DNA of 64,000 nucleotides, from assembly GCA_963708045.1 (NCBI GenBank), contig OY970181.1, positions 451,740 through 515,739 on the forward strand, read 5' to 3'. Of the stretch, positions 61,481-64,000 are shown one piece after another. The stretch comes from an uncultured bacterium (lineage in GTDB: Bacteria; Patescibacteriota; Patescibacteriia; CAIQCM01). The notes beneath the pieces were generated by a model. That model saw only the letters and a list, made by a program, of their open reading frames with translations, ran no database searches and had not been told where the DNA came from. A program made the translations under genes and the position numbers. Each line of letters opens with the position of its first letter. The first letter of the stretch is position 1.

Positions 61481-61592
61481 TTAGCCCACTCTTTGCAAAA
61501 GAGGGGGTAGGGGGAGTTCGTTTCGCCGTAAATAATTTTAACGTAATAAAACAGAACTCTCCCTACCCTCCCTTTTACCAAAGGGAGGGCTA
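61481..61592. repeat. Repeat family A, copy 5
   Basis: Both units are nearly identical to copy 1. Confidence 0.9.
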
Positions 61593-61700
61593 AGATTGGT
61601 AATCCAATCTCAACTTTCCACTTGCAAAGAGGTGGCCAAGACATTAGATATTTATTGGTAGTATTGTTGAAAAGTGTGTTTTGGAATACGCTTTTTGTGT

Positions 61701-63701
61701 ATGACGGAAACAACGCCAATTTCTGACCTTGGTCAATACGGAAAAGCGATTGCGGGAAGACTTAAAAAGATCGGAATAAAAACGGTTGGGGATTTGCTTA
61801 CCCATCCGCCGTTTCGTTACGAAGATTGGTCTAAAGTAAAAACAATCGCCAATCTTATTCCCGGGGAAACGGTTACGGTAAACGCGACCGTTGAAATTAT
61901 TGCTAATCGTCGTTCGCCAATAAAGCGCACGGTGCTCACTGAGGCGGTCTTAACCGACGAAACCGGAAAGATCGCCGCGGTTTGGTTTGGTCAACCATAT
62001 ATTACAAACACGCTCAAGCCAGGGACAAAAGCGTCGTTTGCCGGAAAAATTTCCGACGAGTATGGACGAAAACATTTAGTCAGTCCGGTTTATGAAACTG
62101 GCGCGCGCTCGGTGCATACCGGACGAATTGTGCCGGTATATCCTGCGACGGCGAATCTTACGCAAAAGCATCTTCGCGCACTTGTTGACATTGCTGCGCC
62201 GGCGCTCACGTCGTTTCGCGAGCCGCTTCCTGAAAAAATTTTAAACGAGCACCATTTTTTACCTTATGCGGCGGCGCTAAAGGAGATTCATTACCCGAGC
62301 TCAAACGCAACCCTGCTTGCTGCCCGGCGGCGTTTGCAATTTGACGAACTACTTTTGCATCAGCTGATTGCCATGCGAAGAAAACGCGAGGTCGCGGCCA
62401 ACGAATCGGTGCCCGTGTTGTTTAACGAAAAAGTGGTGCGCAAGTTTGTTGCCGGGTTGCCTTTTAAGTTAACCGACGATCAGCGCAAAGCGATTTGGCA
62501 GATTTTTAAAGATATGGAAAAAAATGAACCAATGCATCGTTTGTTAAATGGCGATGTTGGTTCGGGAAAAACGATTGTCGCCGCAGTTGCCGCGGTAAAC
62601 GTTGCAGCAATAGGTGGTGTAACCGCGCTCATGGCGCCAACCGAAGTTCTGGCTAAACAGCATTATGAAACGCTTTGCCGCGCGATGAATGGTCTTTCTA
62701 TTGCCTTGCGCACAAAGAGTTACCACGAAGGAAAAGACGACGCCGCGCTTCTTGTTGGCACGCACGCGCTTTTGGAAGATAAAATCAGCCTTCCCAATTT
62801 AACGCTTGCTGTTATTGACGAACAGCATCGTTTTGGCGTGGAACAGCGCAAAGAACTTATGGAAAAACGTTGTGACGAAAAAATGCCGCACCTACTTTCT
62901 ATGACCGCAACGCCGATTCCGCGCACCCTCCACCTCGCGCTCTACGGCGACCTGGATGTTTCTTTGCTTAAAGAAAAACCGGCCAATCGTTTGCCGATCA
63001 TAACCAAAGCAGTCAAACCGGAGCGTTACAACGAAGCCTATGCCGCCGTCGCCGCCGAAGTTGCGGCTGGTCGCCAAGCATTTTTCGTCGCGCCGATTAT
63101 TGATCCGTCGGACAAATACGGCGCCAAATCGGCCACCGAACTTTATGATGAGTTAAAGAAAAAAGTTTTTAAAACCTTTTCGGTCGGTTTGCTTCATGGC
63201 CGGATGAAATCCGACGAGAAAGAAAGCGTGATGAAAGATTTTGTTAGCGGGAAAATAAATATCCTTGTGGCCACGTCGGTTATTGAAGTCGGAATTGATG
63301 TGCCGAACGCGAGCGTGATGTGCGTTACCGGTGCTGAGCGTTTTGGTTTAGCTCAGCTTCATCAATTTCGCGGTCGCGTCGGGCGGGGGACAAACCAATC
63401 ATATTGCTTTGCTTTTGCACCTGCGGGCGCGATAACGAGCCGTCTAAAAGCTTTTGTTAATTCTAACGACGGCTTTGAACTCGCGGAAAAAGATTTGGAA
63501 TTGCGCGGTCCGGGCGAGGTTTTTGGCACGCGACAGTCGGGCATTGAAGAAATGAAATTTGCCACTTTTGACGATCTTCATTTGGTGGAAGAAGCCCACG
63601 AAGCGGCCGAGAAAATAATCGCTACCGATCCGGAGTTAAATGATTGTCCGGTTTTGCGCGAGAAAATAATTCGCCACGAAGAAGCAGTGCATTTGGAATA
63701 A
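61701..63701 (+). CDS. recG: ATP-dependent DNA helicase RecG
   Basis: GDVGSGKT, DEQHRFGV, MTATPIPRT, HQFRGRVGR, DLELRGPG. Confidence 0.98.
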   Translation: MTETTPISDLGQYGKAIAGRLKKIGIKTVGDLLTHPPFRYEDWSKVKTIANLIPGETVTVNATVEIIANRRSPIKRTVLTEAVLTDETGKIAAVWFGQPYITNTLKPGTKASFAGKISDEYGRKHLVSPVYETGARSVHTGRIVPVYPATANLTQKHLRALVDIAAPALTSFREPLPEKILNEHHFLPYAAALKEIHYPSSNATLLAARRRLQFDELLLHQLIAMRRKREVAANESVPVLFNEKVVRKFVAGLPFKLTDDQRKAIWQIFKDMEKNEPMHRLLNGDVGSGKTIVAAVAAVNVAAIGGVTALMAPTEVLAKQHYETLCRAMNGLSIALRTKSYHEGKDDAALLVGTHALLEDKISLPNLTLAVIDEQHRFGVEQRKELMEKRCDEKMPHLLSMTATPIPRTLHLALYGDLDVSLLKEKPANRLPIITKAVKPERYNEAYAAVAAEVAAGRQAFFVAPIIDPSDKYGAKSATELYDELKKKVFKTFSVGLLHGRMKSDEKESVMKDFVSGKINILVATSVIEVGIDVPNASVMCVTGAERFGLAQLHQFRGRVGRGTNQSYCFAFAPAGAITSRLKAFVNSNDGFELAEKDLELRGPGEVFGTRQSGIEEMKFATFDDLHLVEEAHEAAEKIIATDPELNDCPVLREKIIRHEEAVHLE

Positions 63702-63803
63702 AGTGATTCTTGCACAATCTGGGTAATTATGTTATAAAAAAATTGGAGAAGGGATTCCGCATCGCGCGGATTTTTGTTTTCTCCCAAAACCCAGGAGTCA
63801 GTT

Positions 63804-64000
63804 ATGGCAGTAGAAACCGGTCTGTGTGTTGGCTGCAAATGCGCCGTTTGCAGAACACAACCAGGTGTTCTTTCAAACGGCGAACAGTTTGGGCATATTG
63901 CCTGCGTGAGGGGTAAATATTATCCTGAGGGAGATGTTTCGTCCGAACTTCGTACCACGGTCGCCATACTCTTCGCCAAAACCAGAGAACCGACCAAACA
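63804..64000 (+). CDS. Hypothetical Cys-rich protein, 3'-truncated
   Basis: AGGAG SD then ATG; MAVETGLCVGCKCAVC... stays open to the window end. Confidence 0.55.
   Translation, partial: MAVETGLCVGCKCAVCRTQPGVLSNGEQFGHIACVRGKYYPEGDVSSELRTTVAILFAKTREPTK

Noticed and set aside
9977-61592. Family A repeats as a CRISPR array
   Set aside because: Units are inverted pairs dispersed over 50 kb, not tandem direct repeats.

Overview
Chromosomal segment of a Patescibacteria (CPR, Parcubacteria/ABY1-like) genome, genetic code 11. The lineage call is inferred from gene content: a PrgI/VirB4/VirB6-like cluster, a giant Cys-rich protein, a PaaX/Cas2-like gene, stand-alone PEP-utiliser domains, tRNA-Arg(GCG) and SD-less core genes. 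Core genes are groES-groEL with a CIRCE site, prfB with its +1 frameshift, tsaC, an MFS transporter, rsmA, comF, a D-Ala-D-Ala carboxypeptidase, recQ, dedA, bcp, recG and three tRNAs. A T4SS-like locus (TSP3-repeat protein, 2858-aa Cys-rich protein, VirB6-like, PrgI, VirB4) is interrupted by a ~7.6-kb accessory block. That block holds an AT-rich operon (divergent GTP cyclohydrolase II fused to a CYTH-like domain, a CYTH enzyme, a frameshifted HAD phosphatase) and a PaaX/Cas2-like gene bracketed by 53-bp direct repeats containing a 36-bp palindrome. A second accessory region (~42.1-50.7 kb, next to tRNA-Ser) looks like a cassette array punctuated by a TTTTGAGGTGT-N4-GTCGG motif and REP-like palindromes. 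It carries TfoX, an ART-like protein, a HATPase/STAS module, a HEPN protein and a GIY-YIG nuclease. Several dispersed palindrome families and period-7 microrepeats occur, some in frame inside core genes. No CRISPR array, rRNA, integrase or transposase was seen. All protein calls come from motif recognition by eye, not from database searches.
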